DNA of 64,000 bases from an uncultured Pseudomonadota bacterium. GTDB lineage: Bacteria; Vulcanimicrobiota; Vulcanimicrobiia; Eremiobacterales; Eremiobacteraceae. Shown piece by piece: positions 39,320 to 49,297 of the stretch. The notes under the pieces are model-generated. The model worked only from the letters and a program-made list of their open reading frames with translations. It was not told where the DNA came from and ran no database searches. Position 1 is the first letter of the stretch. The number at the start of each line of letters is the position of its first letter. The stretch lies in the NCBI GenBank assembly GCA_963736005.1, contig CAVTNB010000003.1:256001-320000 (forward strand). Reading direction: 5' to 3'. A program made the translations under genes and the position numbers.

Positions 39320-40437
39320 GGGCGCTCTTCGATTTTCACGGGATGAGCGCGATGATTTATAAAGAAGCGCGCCACATTCTGCGCGAACCGATGACGCTCG
39401 CCTTGGTTATCGCCATGCCGTTTATGCAGCTGTTGATTTATGGGTATGCGATCAACCTGCGCGTCGAGCACGTGCCGGCCGTCTACTACAGCGAAGATGC
39501 GGGTCGACTCTCCGATGAGTTCGTCACCGCGCTGCAGAGCTCGGGTGAGTTCGACATCTTATCGCGGGTCAATTCGCCACAGGCGCTGCGAGAAGCCATT
39601 GTCGCGGGCAAGGCGCACGTGGGATTCGATATCCCAGAAAACTTTTCAGCAGACATCCTGCGAGACAAGCCAACGCCGGTGCAAGTGCTGGTGGATGGAT
39701 CGCAATCGAACATCGCGCAAGTCGCCTCAGCCGCCGCCGTCCAAATCGGTGCGGCCATGGCGCTTCGTCTGCGCGGCGTGTCCGATCAGCCGGAACCCAT
39801 CGACGTGCGCCCGATGATCTTGTTCAATCCGTCGCTGCGCACGCCAAATTTCTTAGTGCCAGGGCTCATCGGTCTCGTGCTGCAAAACATTACGATGGTG
39901 CTCATGGCGCTTTCCATCGTTCAGGAACGCACGCGCGGCACGCTCGATCAAGTCCTCGTGACGCCCATTGGCACGACCGCGTTGCTGCTGGGCAAGCTCG
40001 TCCCCTATGGAGTCGTCGGCTTCTTTGATTTCATGCTCGTGCTCGTTATGATGAGGAATATCTTCGACGTGCCGATCGCCGGCAACATTTTTGTGTTGCT
40101 GGTGCTTGGCGCGGGCTTTCTCATGACGTCGCTCGGCCTCGGGTTGCTTGTCTCCACCTATGCGCAATCACAGATCCAGGCGTTGCTGATCACGGCCTTT
40201 TTTGTGATTCCATCGGTCATGCTTTCGGGGATGTTCTTTCAAATAGAACTCATGCCCAAAGCCATGCAAGTAGTCAGCTATGCGTTGCCGCTCACGTATT
40301 TCCTCGAGCTCCTTCGGGGCATCATTGTCCGCGGCGCAACGCTTGGGGATTTGTGGGTTCCCGCCGTGGCCACGATCTTTTTTGGACTGCTCGCGCTGGG
40401 ACTTGCGAGCCTTCGGTTTGCGAGGACGGCGGGTTGA
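39316..40437 (+). CDS. ABC-2 type exporter permease
   Basis: FNPSL..FLVPGLIG, ERTRGTLDQVLVTP and LSGMFF..MP motifs. Confidence 0.92.
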   Translation: MRALFDFHGMSAMIYKEARHILREPMTLALVIAMPFMQLLIYGYAINLRVEHVPAVYYSEDAGRLSDEFVTALQSSGEFDILSRVNSPQALREAIVAGKAHVGFDIPENFSADILRDKPTPVQVLVDGSQSNIAQVASAAAVQIGAAMALRLRGVSDQPEPIDVRPMILFNPSLRTPNFLVPGLIGLVLQNITMVLMALSIVQERTRGTLDQVLVTPIGTTALLLGKLVPYGVVGFFDFMLVLVMMRNIFDVPIAGNIFVLLVLGAGFLMTSLGLGLLVSTYAQSQIQALLITAFFVIPSVMLSGMFFQIELMPKAMQVVSYALPLTYFLELLRGIIVRGATLGDLWVPAVATIFFGLLALGLASLRFARTAG

Positions 40438-40438
40438 C

Positions 40439-41209
40439 GTGAGGCCCCGCAGACGGGTTTGGATTGCGGCGCTCGCCGCGTTTGTCGTGGTCGCGGGCGT
40501 GAGCATTGTGATCTTTTGGCGCGCTCTTGAAAATCCAGATGAACTGTGGGCGGTGGTGCAGTCCTGCGTTGCCGCCAAGAAACACGGTCACACACTGCGC
40601 GCGGGCTGTCTTTCGGTCGATGTGAAGAACGAGGTGGCCATCTTGCCAGGCATTTTTGGCCGCTACCACTACCTGGCAGTTCCGACCATCCGTGTCACCG
40701 GCATCGAAGATCCGCAAGTCAAAGACCCCCGCCTGCCAAACTATTGGGCATTGGCGTGGTCTGCGGCCTACCGGTATTTGCCCAAGCGCGCAACCAAGCA
40801 CGTGGCTGACATCGGGCTTGCTATCAACTCAGTTTCTGGCCGGACTCAGAATCAACTCCACATCCACATTGCCTGCGTTCAGCCGGTTATCCGGCAAACG
40901 CTTGCTGCGGACGAGCACGAAATCGGCGCGACCTGGTCGAAACCGATCATTCGCTACGGCACGCAAGATTATCGGGTGATGCGCGTGGATAGTCTTACGC
41001 TCGATAGGGTGAATCCGTTTTTCCTGTTGCAAAAGCTACCGGGAGCTTCTGACAACATGGGCCTGCACACCCTCGTGGTCACGGGCGCCACATGGGACCA
41101 CGGCAGCAAGTCTGGCTTTTACATTCTCGATGACTACGCGCACGACACTGACGCCGGCCCCGACTCCGGCCACGGTGAAGATCTGCTCGATGAGAACTGC
41201 CGATCGTAA
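40439..41209 (+). CDS. cdh: CDP-diacylglycerol diphosphatase
   Basis: N-terminal TM anchor; PT..TGIEDP, GLAINS..GRTQNQLHIHIAC motifs. GTG start inferred. Confidence 0.85.
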   Translation: MRPRRRVWIAALAAFVVVAGVSIVIFWRALENPDELWAVVQSCVAAKKHGHTLRAGCLSVDVKNEVAILPGIFGRYHYLAVPTIRVTGIEDPQVKDPRLPNYWALAWSAAYRYLPKRATKHVADIGLAINSVSGRTQNQLHIHIACVQPVIRQTLAADEHEIGATWSKPIIRYGTQDYRVMRVDSLTLDRVNPFFLLQKLPGASDNMGLHTLVVTGATWDHGSKSGFYILDDYAHDTDAGPDSGHGEDLLDENCRS

Positions 41210-41228
41210 GAGATTGGCATCACCACGG

Positions 41229-42017
41229 TTAACGCTTTTTGAACGACTCGGTGAGCGACCGCCGAAGCTCGGCGCACTCGGGTGAGAACCATTGATCGAG
41301 GAATTCGTCGAGAGAGCCGCGGTCGTGTGCTTCGAGCAGGTGGCCGCGCTCCGCGTGAAGGGCGAGCTTGCTGAAGCCAAATGCGCCCCTGGGTTTGGCA
41401 GCCAGTTCGTGCGCCAAGTGTAACGCCGCGGCAAAGACGTCGGTCTCCGCGACGACTTCATCGACAAGGCCGATCTCCAGCGCCCGCTTCGGCTTCACGG
41501 CATCACCGGTGAGGATCATGCGAGCGGCTTGGCGTGGTCCAATCGTGTCGATGAGCAACCGCCGCACCAATGACGGCACGATGGCTCCGAAATTTATTTC
41601 ATTGACGGCAAACGCGTAGTCACCGGCGGCCATAACCCGCATGTCAAAGGCAAGCGCCAAAAACGCCCCGCCCGCAACCGTGTGCCCGGTCAACGCTCCA
41701 ATGACCGGCTTGGGCAGGCGCAACAAGCTTTCATAAACGTCAACGAAGCGTAAGAAAAACGCGCGCATGGCGGGAGGGTCGTACGAGAACACCTCGTTGA
41801 CGTCAAAGCCGGCGGAAAAGAATCCCGGCTGCAAACTGGCGACGACGACTGCTTGGACGGCATCATCGGCTCCCGCATCGCGGACTGCTGCGGAAAGTTC
41901 TTCAACCATCTGGCCGTTCAGCGCGTTTGCCTTCGGTCGCGATAAATTGAAGATCCGCACCTCATTATGATCGCGCACCTGAATGAAGTCCAAGCGGGAC
42001 CCACGCGGTGGCGTCAC
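41229..42017 (-). CDS. Enoyl-CoA hydratase/isomerase family protein
   Basis: RPKANAL, FSAGFD, GHTVAGG and ALEIGLVDEV motifs. Confidence 0.9.
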   Translation of the reverse strand: MTPPRGSRLDFIQVRDHNEVRIFNLSRPKANALNGQMVEELSAAVRDAGADDAVQAVVVASLQPGFFSAGFDVNEVFSYDPPAMRAFFLRFVDVYESLLRLPKPVIGALTGHTVAGGAFLALAFDMRVMAAGDYAFAVNEINFGAIVPSLVRRLLIDTIGPRQAARMILTGDAVKPKRALEIGLVDEVVAETDVFAAALHLAHELAAKPRGAFGFSKLALHAERGHLLEAHDRGSLDEFLDQWFSPECAELRRSLTESFKKR

Positions 42018-42652
42018 GCTCGCCCTCGGTTGATTTGACGGAAAGCGACGCTAATGCGCGGGCCCACCAGAGCGCGTGTTTTTGGAATGCCATGCTCGAA
42101 GTTGAGGTGGCTTTCATAGCTCATGACGAGCAAACTTCCAGGCTCGAGATCGTGATCGAGCACGCGCCGAGGCTTCGATTTGCTGCGAATCGTCATACGC
42201 CGCGTGGCTCCAAGACTCACGAGAGCCACCGGTGCATTCTCGGGGCCTCGCTCGACATGATCGCCGTGGGGTGCAACGCTATCGTTGCCATCGCGATAAA
42301 AATTCAGACCGGCCGAGGTAAACGACACACCGCAAAAAGCTTCGACGAGAGGCCGCATCCCTTGGATCGGCGCGGGGACCGTTGGATCGTCAAGTGCGTA
42401 CGATGCCACCAAGCGAGGAACATCGACCACTCGATCGTACATTGGTCTGCGTTCCGCGCGCCACTGGACGCTCGCTCGGAGTTCGTCGAACCAGGCGCGG
42501 ATTTGTGGCTCATTGAAAAGCGCCCGCTTGTAGACGATGCGACCGGTCGTGTCGTCGACGAGCGTCTCGACGTCAGGTTGCGGAAGGAATGAAAATTGCG
42601 TCACGATTGGGTACGATTTTGATGCTGCATGAATAAAGCCCGCTTTGATCAC
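42014..42652 (-). CDS. AlkB-family 2OG-Fe(II) dioxygenase
   Basis: NFYRDGNDSVAPHGD, SLGATR, EHGIPK and RISVAFR. Start may be slightly downstream. Confidence 0.9.
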   Translation of the reverse strand: MIKAGFIHAASKSYPIVTQFSFLPQPDVETLVDDTTGRIVYKRALFNEPQIRAWFDELRASVQWRAERRPMYDRVVDVPRLVASYALDDPTVPAPIQGMRPLVEAFCGVSFTSAGLNFYRDGNDSVAPHGDHVERGPENAPVALVSLGATRRMTIRSKSKPRRVLDHDLEPGSLLVMSYESHLNFEHGIPKTRALVGPRISVAFRQINRGRA

Positions 42653-43455
42653 GATTTTCTATTTGATCCCACGCGGTGTGGACGCCGACTTGACAGCGTA
42701 GCATCCATTTTTCGCAGCTTCCAAATATTTTCGGCTGGCCATCGCCGTGCCCACTCCCGCGTCACGTACTTCGTATAGCTCGTCGTTGCATCCGGCGGCG
42801 GGCGCAGCTCGATCAAGTCCTCGAGTGTAAAGCCGTGGCGGCGAAAAAGGCGGATCCACTCGCCGTAAGGCAATTGAAAGACGACGGTGTTCTCATCCTC
42901 CCCGCCACGCATCTCAAAGTAGTCGCGCTGCAGTGACGTTTCAAGCCGATCATCTGCATCATTCCAGCACACTTCAAGCAACGGGCTGGCGATGTTGAAC
43001 GCAAAAAGTCCGCCGGGCCGCAGGAGACGACTCGCTTCCGCCACCGTGCGTTTCGGATCCGCGAACGACATCGCCCCATGATCGCAAAAAACAACGTCAA
43101 AGGAGGCGTCAGGCAAGGGCACCGATTCGCCGCTGCCAGCAACGAGCGGAAAAGAAACTCCCGCCTCGCCCATCAGGCGTCTGGCGTGTTCGAGTTGGCG
43201 TGCGGAAATGTCGAGACCGACCGGCCGGGCGCCGCGCTTGGCCAAAAAGATGGACCATTGCGCGCCGCCGCACCCAAACTCTAATATGTCTTTGCCGGTT
43301 GGATCTCCGAGCACGTTGAGGTGCGACTCTGGAATGGCCCAGACACCCCAGGCCAGCTCCTTTTTGTTCAGCTGCTCGCCGTGAACGCTCTGATAGTCGT
43401 CGCTCGTTCTGTCCCAATACGACTGATTCTTGATGACGTGATGGGGAAGCTTCAT
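42649..43455 (-). CDS. Class I SAM-dependent methyltransferase
   Basis: ILEFGCGGAQWS, GLDIS, PLPDASFDVV and LLRPGG. Confidence 0.9.
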   Translation of the reverse strand: MKLPHHVIKNQSYWDRTSDDYQSVHGEQLNKKELAWGVWAIPESHLNVLGDPTGKDILEFGCGGAQWSIFLAKRGARPVGLDISARQLEHARRLMGEAGVSFPLVAGSGESVPLPDASFDVVFCDHGAMSFADPKRTVAEASRLLRPGGLFAFNIASPLLEVCWNDADDRLETSLQRDYFEMRGGEDENTVVFQLPYGEWIRLFRRHGFTLEDLIELRPPPDATTSYTKYVTREWARRWPAENIWKLRKMDATLSSRRPHRVGSNRKS

Positions 43456-43513
43456 CGCATGGCGATGTTCGCATCGACGTCACCCGGATCATTGTTCGCG
43501 CCTCGCAGCGCTT

Positions 43514-43987
43514 CTATCCGCTGGTTATCGGTCTCGCGACGAAGTCGAACGTCATTGGGAACGCTGCACCTTGTGCAAGCTGCGATGTCGCATCCTGTGG
43601 ATAGGCATCCAGTTCCGCTACCGCACCTCTGGCAATGGCGCTGCCCGCAAGCGTCCCATCAGATTGGCGAGTTGCGTTGATCTGGAAGTTACCGTTGTCC
43701 AACGTAAACCAGCAGCGACCCTGATCGCACGAGCCAGAAACGGGAACATAGTTTCCCTGTGGGGCTTCTCGGTACCAGCCGCTGACAATTCCCCCCGAGC
43801 TCACCACAAATTGCAGCGTGCCGGGGAAAAAGCCAGTTTGCGACTGTGGGTCCGTCTCGCTCAGCGTGGTTGAATAGCTGACGACCGGCTGGTTCGTCTG
43901 GGCGGATGCCGCAACTGGTGCAATAACAAGTGCGGCCGCAGCTCCAATCAAGAGCGCATTTTTGAGCCTAAGAATCATGCAAATCAT
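43514..43987 (-). CDS. Hypothetical secreted protein
   Basis: Signal peptide ending in ASA; beta-rich mature part. Confidence 0.6.
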   Translation of the reverse strand: MICMILRLKNALLIGAAAALVIAPVAASAQTNQPVVSYSTTLSETDPQSQTGFFPGTLQFVVSSGGIVSGWYREAPQGNYVPVSGSCDQGRCWFTLDNGNFQINATRQSDGTLAGSAIARGAVAELDAYPQDATSQLAQGAAFPMTFDFVARPITSG

Positions 43988-44060
43988 TGTTCAACTATAA
44001 CAGACGCTGGTGAGAACCGCCTGAGACGGGTTCCGCATCCCGAAACTCGAAGTACGACCC

Positions 44061-44540
44061 ATGCGTAAAGTCAATACCAAGGACCTATCTGAGCTCACCT
44101 GGTCATCGCCAAAAGGAAAGTTCACCGGTGCGGGCCTTCAGCTCTCCGAAGCACTAGGGCGGGAGCCAAAGTCCACGGACTTGATGCGGCGGCATCCGTT
44201 TGATGTCGAGATCCTCCGCATTGCTGCCGGGAAAACTCCCTACCCGTATCACTCGCATAGCGCTCAATGGGAATTCTATCATGTGATTTCTGGCAAAGGG
44301 ATCGTGCGCCACGAGGCAGGGAGAACTCCTATCGAAACGGGTGACGCATTCATCTTTCAACCAGGTCAAGCACACCAGCTCATCAACGACGGAGCGGAGG
44401 ACCTGATTGTGTACGTTGTGGCCGACAATCCTATTGGCGAATCGTGGCACTACCCGGATAGCCAGAAATGGGGCGTGTCATCGCCAGAGCGCCGAACAAT
44501 GCGCTCCGAAGCCCTTGATTACTTCGACGGGGAAGAATAA
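44061..44540 (+). CDS. Cupin domain protein
   Basis: PYHSHSAQWEFYHVISGKG and GQAHQLIN cupin motifs. Confidence 0.88.
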   Translation: MRKVNTKDLSELTWSSPKGKFTGAGLQLSEALGREPKSTDLMRRHPFDVEILRIAAGKTPYPYHSHSAQWEFYHVISGKGIVRHEAGRTPIETGDAFIFQPGQAHQLINDGAEDLIVYVVADNPIGESWHYPDSQKWGVSSPERRTMRSEALDYFDGEE

Positions 44541-44567
44541 ACTCAGCCGACTCGCGCTACAGGATTG

Positions 44568-45104
44568 TCAAGAACACGCATCAACGTCGTGAGGTTCGTT
44601 CGCTCGATCGTTGAATTGCGTCATCCAACATCGCCCCAAGAGCGAGCAGTAACAGATTGAAAGATTGAGGCGAGGCGCCATTGCAAGAAGGAGGCGGGTG
44701 ACGCCCGCTCCGCTCACTTGGACAAGCGTCACTTGCTGATTCGCGGGCAAAACTTCGCCTGACTGGATCGAGGAAACCATCACCCGCGTATCGTGACTCT
44801 TCGATGCGCTCGCCGCCTTCGCGACGAGCGGATCTACAATTGCATTGAGCGATGGAACGCGTTTGCCGTCGACTGTGATGTCGACGGTCCGAAGGAGCGC
44901 TGGACCGACACCGTCGTTTCGCATGGCGACGCTTAGCGACGATGCTCCTCGGGTAACATCGAAAGATACGTAGGGCCAAACCGTTGCCGAAAATTGCTGA
45001 GAGATGACGTGCGTTTGGTACACCAAGGCAGCCGATGTGATGGCGCTAATGAGCAACGCGCTGCAGGCGATGATCACGTCGTAACGGACGGCCTTATCTT
45101 GCAT
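44568..45104 (-). CDS. Hypothetical membrane-anchored protein
   Basis: N-terminal TM; VWPY..NDGVGPA..ICYCSLLGRCW pattern. Confidence 0.65.
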   Translation of the reverse strand: MQDKAVRYDVIIACSALLISAITSAALVYQTHVISQQFSATVWPYVSFDVTRGASSLSVAMRNDGVGPALLRTVDITVDGKRVPSLNAIVDPLVAKAASASKSHDTRVMVSSIQSGEVLPANQQVTLVQVSGAGVTRLLLAMAPRLNLSICYCSLLGRCWMTQFNDRANEPHDVDACS

Positions 45105-45161
45105 AACGTTATGGTTCCCTCGCATCCCTATCAAACCGTTTGGCTATGGTAAACTAACAAC

Positions 45162-45839
45162 ATGAGCGACCTAGCGAGAAAAACGGTCCTTGGATTCGCG
45201 TTTCTTATCGTCGCCTTGGGAGTCTTGCTTTTGGCTCCTGCATGGACGCTTCATTTCTGGCAGGCATGGGGCTACCTGTTTGTCTTTGGCACTTCAGCCG
45301 CACTGGTGACCGCCTACTTGTGGAGGTACGATCCGAAGCTTCTTGAGCGCCGGGTACGAGCTGGCCCCTTAGCCGAGAAAGAAACAGGCCAGAAACTGAT
45401 ACAATCCTTGGCAAGCGTCGCATTCATTGGTGCCCTTGTCGTTCCTTCGCTCGATCATCGCTTTGCGTGGTCGCACGTTCCGGTCTCAGTTGTGATTGCG
45501 GGGGACGTTTTAGCGGCTCTCGGCTTTCTCATCATTTTTGTTGTCTTCAGGGAGAACCAATTTGCCGCCGGGACGATCGAAGTTTCCCAGGGCCAAGAAG
45601 TCATTTCAACAGGGCCGTATGCAATCGTTCGTCATCCCATGTATGGAGGCGCACTTGTTCTGCTCTTAGGCACCCCTGTGGCACTCGGATCGTGGTGGGG
45701 GCTCCTCACGTTCATACCGATGACCTTCATCATCGCATGGCGGCTGCTGGATGAAGAGAGATTTCTTTCCAAAAGTCTTTCCGGCTATGCGCAGTATTGT
45801 CAAAAGGTTCGCTATCGTTTGGTACCGCTTCTTTGGTAG
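45162..45839 (+). CDS. Isoprenylcysteine carboxyl methyltransferase (ICMT/PEMT) family protein
   Basis: VISTGPYAIVRHPMY and RLLDEERFL motifs. Confidence 0.9.
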   Translation: MSDLARKTVLGFAFLIVALGVLLLAPAWTLHFWQAWGYLFVFGTSAALVTAYLWRYDPKLLERRVRAGPLAEKETGQKLIQSLASVAFIGALVVPSLDHRFAWSHVPVSVVIAGDVLAALGFLIIFVVFRENQFAAGTIEVSQGQEVISTGPYAIVRHPMYGGALVLLLGTPVALGSWWGLLTFIPMTFIIAWRLLDEERFLSKSLSGYAQYCQKVRYRLVPLLW

Positions 45840-45878
45840 AGCCTGCTCGCCTAGAAAACCGGAAGGGCAAGCATCGGA

Positions 45879-46538
45879 TTGGGGGAATCAACGCACCGCG
45901 TGCTTAGCACCTCAATACGCTTGTGGTACTGCGCAGCAACAGCGATTATCGCTGCCGCGATTGCCGATCCATGCGTCGAATTTGCCTCGAACTCCGGGTG
46001 GTTCGGTCCCGGGCGCTTTACGGATCGAAGCAACCTGGATGTCGTGCCAGCTCTGCTCGTTGGGCTGGCCGTGATCGCCTGGTATGTCGGCCTGCGTATT
46101 CGCGAGGTCGCCTTAGGTCTGCGTTTTGAGGTCATCCACCGACGCATGGTGGCGAGTCATGCTTTCGCCACAGACCTACTGATGGTGCTTTGCGCGGCAT
46201 TTTCCATCCAGCTGCTAGCCCTTTTTGGGATGGAAACAGCAGAGCAGGCAGTTGTCTACGGTCATGTCCTTGGCGGGTGGATATGGCTCGGCGGCCCCTT
46301 CATCGCGAGCCTTACCGTGCACGGACTTTTTTGCATTCTCACTGCTCTGGCGCTCGCGACGCTCTTATACCGCTTCGAAAGAAATGCGGGTCGGGTCGCC
46401 CGCTTCATCCTTTACGCAGGCCGGCGTTCGCGCGAAGCGTATGCGCCACTGCGTCGTGACAAGGATTCCTCCGTCCTTCGTCAACCCTCACTCCACAGTC
46501 GAATCGGCGAACGCGCGCCTCCGCTTCTCGCGTCGTAA
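45879..46538 (+). CDS. Hypothetical membrane protein
   Basis: Several TM segments; C-terminal RAPP. Start uncertain. Confidence 0.55.
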   Translation: MGESTHRVLSTSIRLWYCAATAIIAAAIADPCVEFASNSGWFGPGRFTDRSNLDVVPALLVGLAVIAWYVGLRIREVALGLRFEVIHRRMVASHAFATDLLMVLCAAFSIQLLALFGMETAEQAVVYGHVLGGWIWLGGPFIASLTVHGLFCILTALALATLLYRFERNAGRVARFILYAGRRSREAYAPLRRDKDSSVLRQPSLHSRIGERAPPLLAS

Positions 46539-46616
46539 CCTACCGTAACTCTTGCCGGTGCCTCGCAGAGCGAAAATATCTCGCTGTGCGTGCGTTACTG
46601 CTGTGGAGCGCATATA

Positions 46617-47864
46617 ATGAAACCTCGTTCACTTTTGTGGAAGCGCCTCGCCCTTGTGGTCGCGTGTTGCGCCATTGCAATCGTGCTCTTCAAACTTGCC
46701 GCCACCCTCGTGCGGTATACGCCACAGTATGCGGGTGGCATCGCCGCTCGGCTGTCGATGGGTGCTCGTCCGATGAATATCTTGGTCGTTGCGAACAACG
46801 CTCGGGGTGTTGCGGCCAACGATCCGCTCGGTTTGGGTACGGCGGCCGGCCAAGCCGATGTCATTATCTTGGCGCGAGTTGACCCCAAGGCCCACACGAT
46901 TTACGCGATAACGATACCGCGAGATGCTCTTATCGCGCAACCACAATGGCACAACACCGTGCCAAAAATCAAAACATTGTTCTTCATGGGAGATCAGCTG
47001 GCGCCGCCGCGCGGACCAGAAGATCTCGCTGCTGCGGTCGCTTCACTCACCGGGCTACCGGTCGACGGATACCTCGTCGCGAACTTTGCGGGCTTCAAAG
47101 AAGCCGTCGACTTGGTTGGTGGCCTCACGATCGACGTCAAGGCGAGGATTTACGATCCAGTCAACAGCCACGCGGACTTTGAGCCAGGCATCCAGCATAT
47201 GAACGGAGCGCAGACGCTCGCGTTCGTCCGCGTCCGTCAAAACGCGGCTGGCAACACGTACAGAGTCAACGATTATCAGCGCATGCAAGCTGAAGTTGAG
47301 GTCCTAGGTCTCCTCCGCAACAAGTTGCTGGACCCCGCACACGTCTCAGCGCTCTTGCCAAAATTCATCGCACGTATGAGACACAATATCGCGACAAATC
47401 TCTCGCAGGAAACGCTGGTTCGCGTGGGCGTCGCAATGGCTGGGGCACCCGTCTATCAAGTGCCTTTGGGATCACCTACCGACTCGATGGTTCTCGCGCG
47501 AGCACACGTCGCGGGCCTGAATCGCGAGGGTCTCATTGATGAGGCGGAATACGACGTGCTCGACCCCTCCGACGTACGCCAGCATCTGGCGCAATTTGGA
47601 GCGCGCGCGTCAAACAGCGGCTTGCCGCCTTTTCCCCGACCCGCGTCCATCCACGTGGATCTGTACGGCACCACGCATCTTGCCCTGCATCTTGCGCATC
47701 TCGGCTTCACGCGCATTCATCGCCTTGGACCACCCACAGGCGAGAATCGTCTCGTCTATCCGGCTGCGAATCCGGCATCAGGGTGGGAGGTTGCGCGGGA
47801 TTTGGAACTGGGGAACGTCTACGTCGAACCCGGGGACAGCGCCAGCGTAACAGTATATCAGTAA
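46617..47864 (+). CDS. LCP (LytR-CpsA-Psr) family protein
   Basis: ADVIIL, TIPRD, GFKEAVDLVGG, LAFVRVR and DYQRMQ motifs. Confidence 0.88.
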   Translation: MKPRSLLWKRLALVVACCAIAIVLFKLAATLVRYTPQYAGGIAARLSMGARPMNILVVANNARGVAANDPLGLGTAAGQADVIILARVDPKAHTIYAITIPRDALIAQPQWHNTVPKIKTLFFMGDQLAPPRGPEDLAAAVASLTGLPVDGYLVANFAGFKEAVDLVGGLTIDVKARIYDPVNSHADFEPGIQHMNGAQTLAFVRVRQNAAGNTYRVNDYQRMQAEVEVLGLLRNKLLDPAHVSALLPKFIARMRHNIATNLSQETLVRVGVAMAGAPVYQVPLGSPTDSMVLARAHVAGLNREGLIDEAEYDVLDPSDVRQHLAQFGARASNSGLPPFPRPASIHVDLYGTTHLALHLAHLGFTRIHRLGPPTGENRLVYPAANPASGWEVARDLELGNVYVEPGDSASVTVYQ

Positions 47865-47886
47865 GTCGAGCGTTTGCCTTGAGCAG

Positions 47887-48303
47887 TTAGAACTTGATCC
47901 CGGCTTTTTGCACTTCTTGATACGGAATGAGCCAAACCAACGATTCGTCGTGCAGGTCCACGACCTGAATTCTGTTTCCGAACGGATCGTGGAAATCGCA
48001 GCGAAAGCCTGGAATGAGTCTAAGGCCGTATTTTTTGGTCACTTTCTCTCGCACGTGGGCGATCTGTTGCTCGTCTTTGACGATGAGCCCAAAATGCCGC
48101 ACCCTGTCGGGCTGCATCGCCTTGACTTCAAAAAGCGCCAAGAATTGGTGCTCACCAAGCTTGAAGAATGCGTCGCCCTCCCCTTCATCTTTTTTTTCGA
48201 GGTTGAAGACGTCTGAGTAGAAGTCGACTGCCTTCTTCACATCGGTAACCTCGATCGCGATGTGGTTCAGTCCGTATACTCTTACCTTCGGGTCAGTCGA
48301 CAT
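47887..48303 (-). CDS. VOC family protein
   Basis: LNHIAIEVTDVKKAVDFYSDVF..HFGL..DPFGNRIQ. Confidence 0.88.
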   Translation of the reverse strand: MSTDPKVRVYGLNHIAIEVTDVKKAVDFYSDVFNLEKKDEGEGDAFFKLGEHQFLALFEVKAMQPDRVRHFGLIVKDEQQIAHVREKVTKKYGLRLIPGFRCDFHDPFGNRIQVVDLHDESLVWLIPYQEVQKAGIKF

Positions 48304-48325
48304 GTGAGGTTCCTCCAATCTTGAC

Positions 48326-49297
48326 CTAGAGGGTCAACTGCTTCCCCACGCCCCCAGCGACCGCTCGCTCATACACGAGCCGAGCGCAGGCGACGTCTTC
48401 GATAGCGATGCCGAGCGAGTCGAAGATCGTAATGTCGTCATGGCTCCGCCGGCCGGGAGCCTTGCCGGCGATGACATCGCATAGCAGAGTCAAAGCTGGC
48501 TTCGCTGGTAGTCGGCTCTCGCGCATTGTGAGGATAATATTGGCGCTCTCGTTGAGTGCGCCGTCCATCGAATCAACGACGATCGTTGCGCGCGCCATAA
48601 GCTCGCCTGGGAGCTCTCGAGCAGTTGGGCCGCTCATACCGACCGCATTGACGTGCGTGCCAGAGTCAATGTCGGACGACGCAAGGATCGGATCGCGCGC
48701 CGACGTCACCGTGCAGACGACGCCGGCACCGTGACACGCATCGCTCGGGCTTGTGGCGACGCGCGCACGCAGCTCGCACTTGCCGGCGAAATCCACAAGG
48801 TCGGCCGCTTTGGTTTGCGTGCGGCCCCACACCCGAAGCTCTTCGATGTGCATCACCTCGCGCAGCGCGCTCATGTGAGCACGGGCTTGCACGCCCGTGC
48901 CCAGAATCGCGACGACGCGGGCATCGGGTCGCGCCAAGGCGCGAGTGGCGAGCGCGGAAGCGGCCGCCGTGCGTATTTCAGTGATGAAGCGGCCATCCAT
49001 AATGGCCTGTGGTTGTCCTGTGCGCGGATCGAATAGTGCGACGAGCGCTTGGTGCGTGTGCATGCCCGTCGCGGCGTTGCCGGGAAAGAAGGTGACGAGT
49101 TTAGCGCCTAACGCCGCGGACTCACCTCCAATCGAACCCGGCATCGCGCCCAATATCCCACCATCTGTGGTCGCCACGGTCCGCAGCGGCATGCAGATTT
49201 GCTTTGCCGCCTGAGCGCGAAACGCACCCTCGAGAGCGGTGAGGACATCACCCATCGGCAACAGCGACGCGACCTCGCGTTCATTGAGAAATATCAA
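48326..49297 (-). CDS. Ornithine cyclodeaminase / mu-crystallin family protein
   Basis: GAKLVT, ITEIRTAAAS, ILGTGVQA and FDSLGIAIEDVA. TTG start inferred from the TTGA overlap. Confidence 0.9.
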   Translation of the reverse strand: MIFLNEREVASLLPMGDVLTALEGAFRAQAAKQICMPLRTVATTDGGILGAMPGSIGGESAALGAKLVTFFPGNAATGMHTHQALVALFDPRTGQPQAIMDGRFITEIRTAAASALATRALARPDARVVAILGTGVQARAHMSALREVMHIEELRVWGRTQTKAADLVDFAGKCELRARVATSPSDACHGAGVVCTVTSARDPILASSDIDSGTHVNAVGMSGPTARELPGELMARATIVVDSMDGALNESANIILTMRESRLPAKPALTLLCDVIAGKAPGRRSHDDITIFDSLGIAIEDVACARLVYERAVAGGVGKQLTL

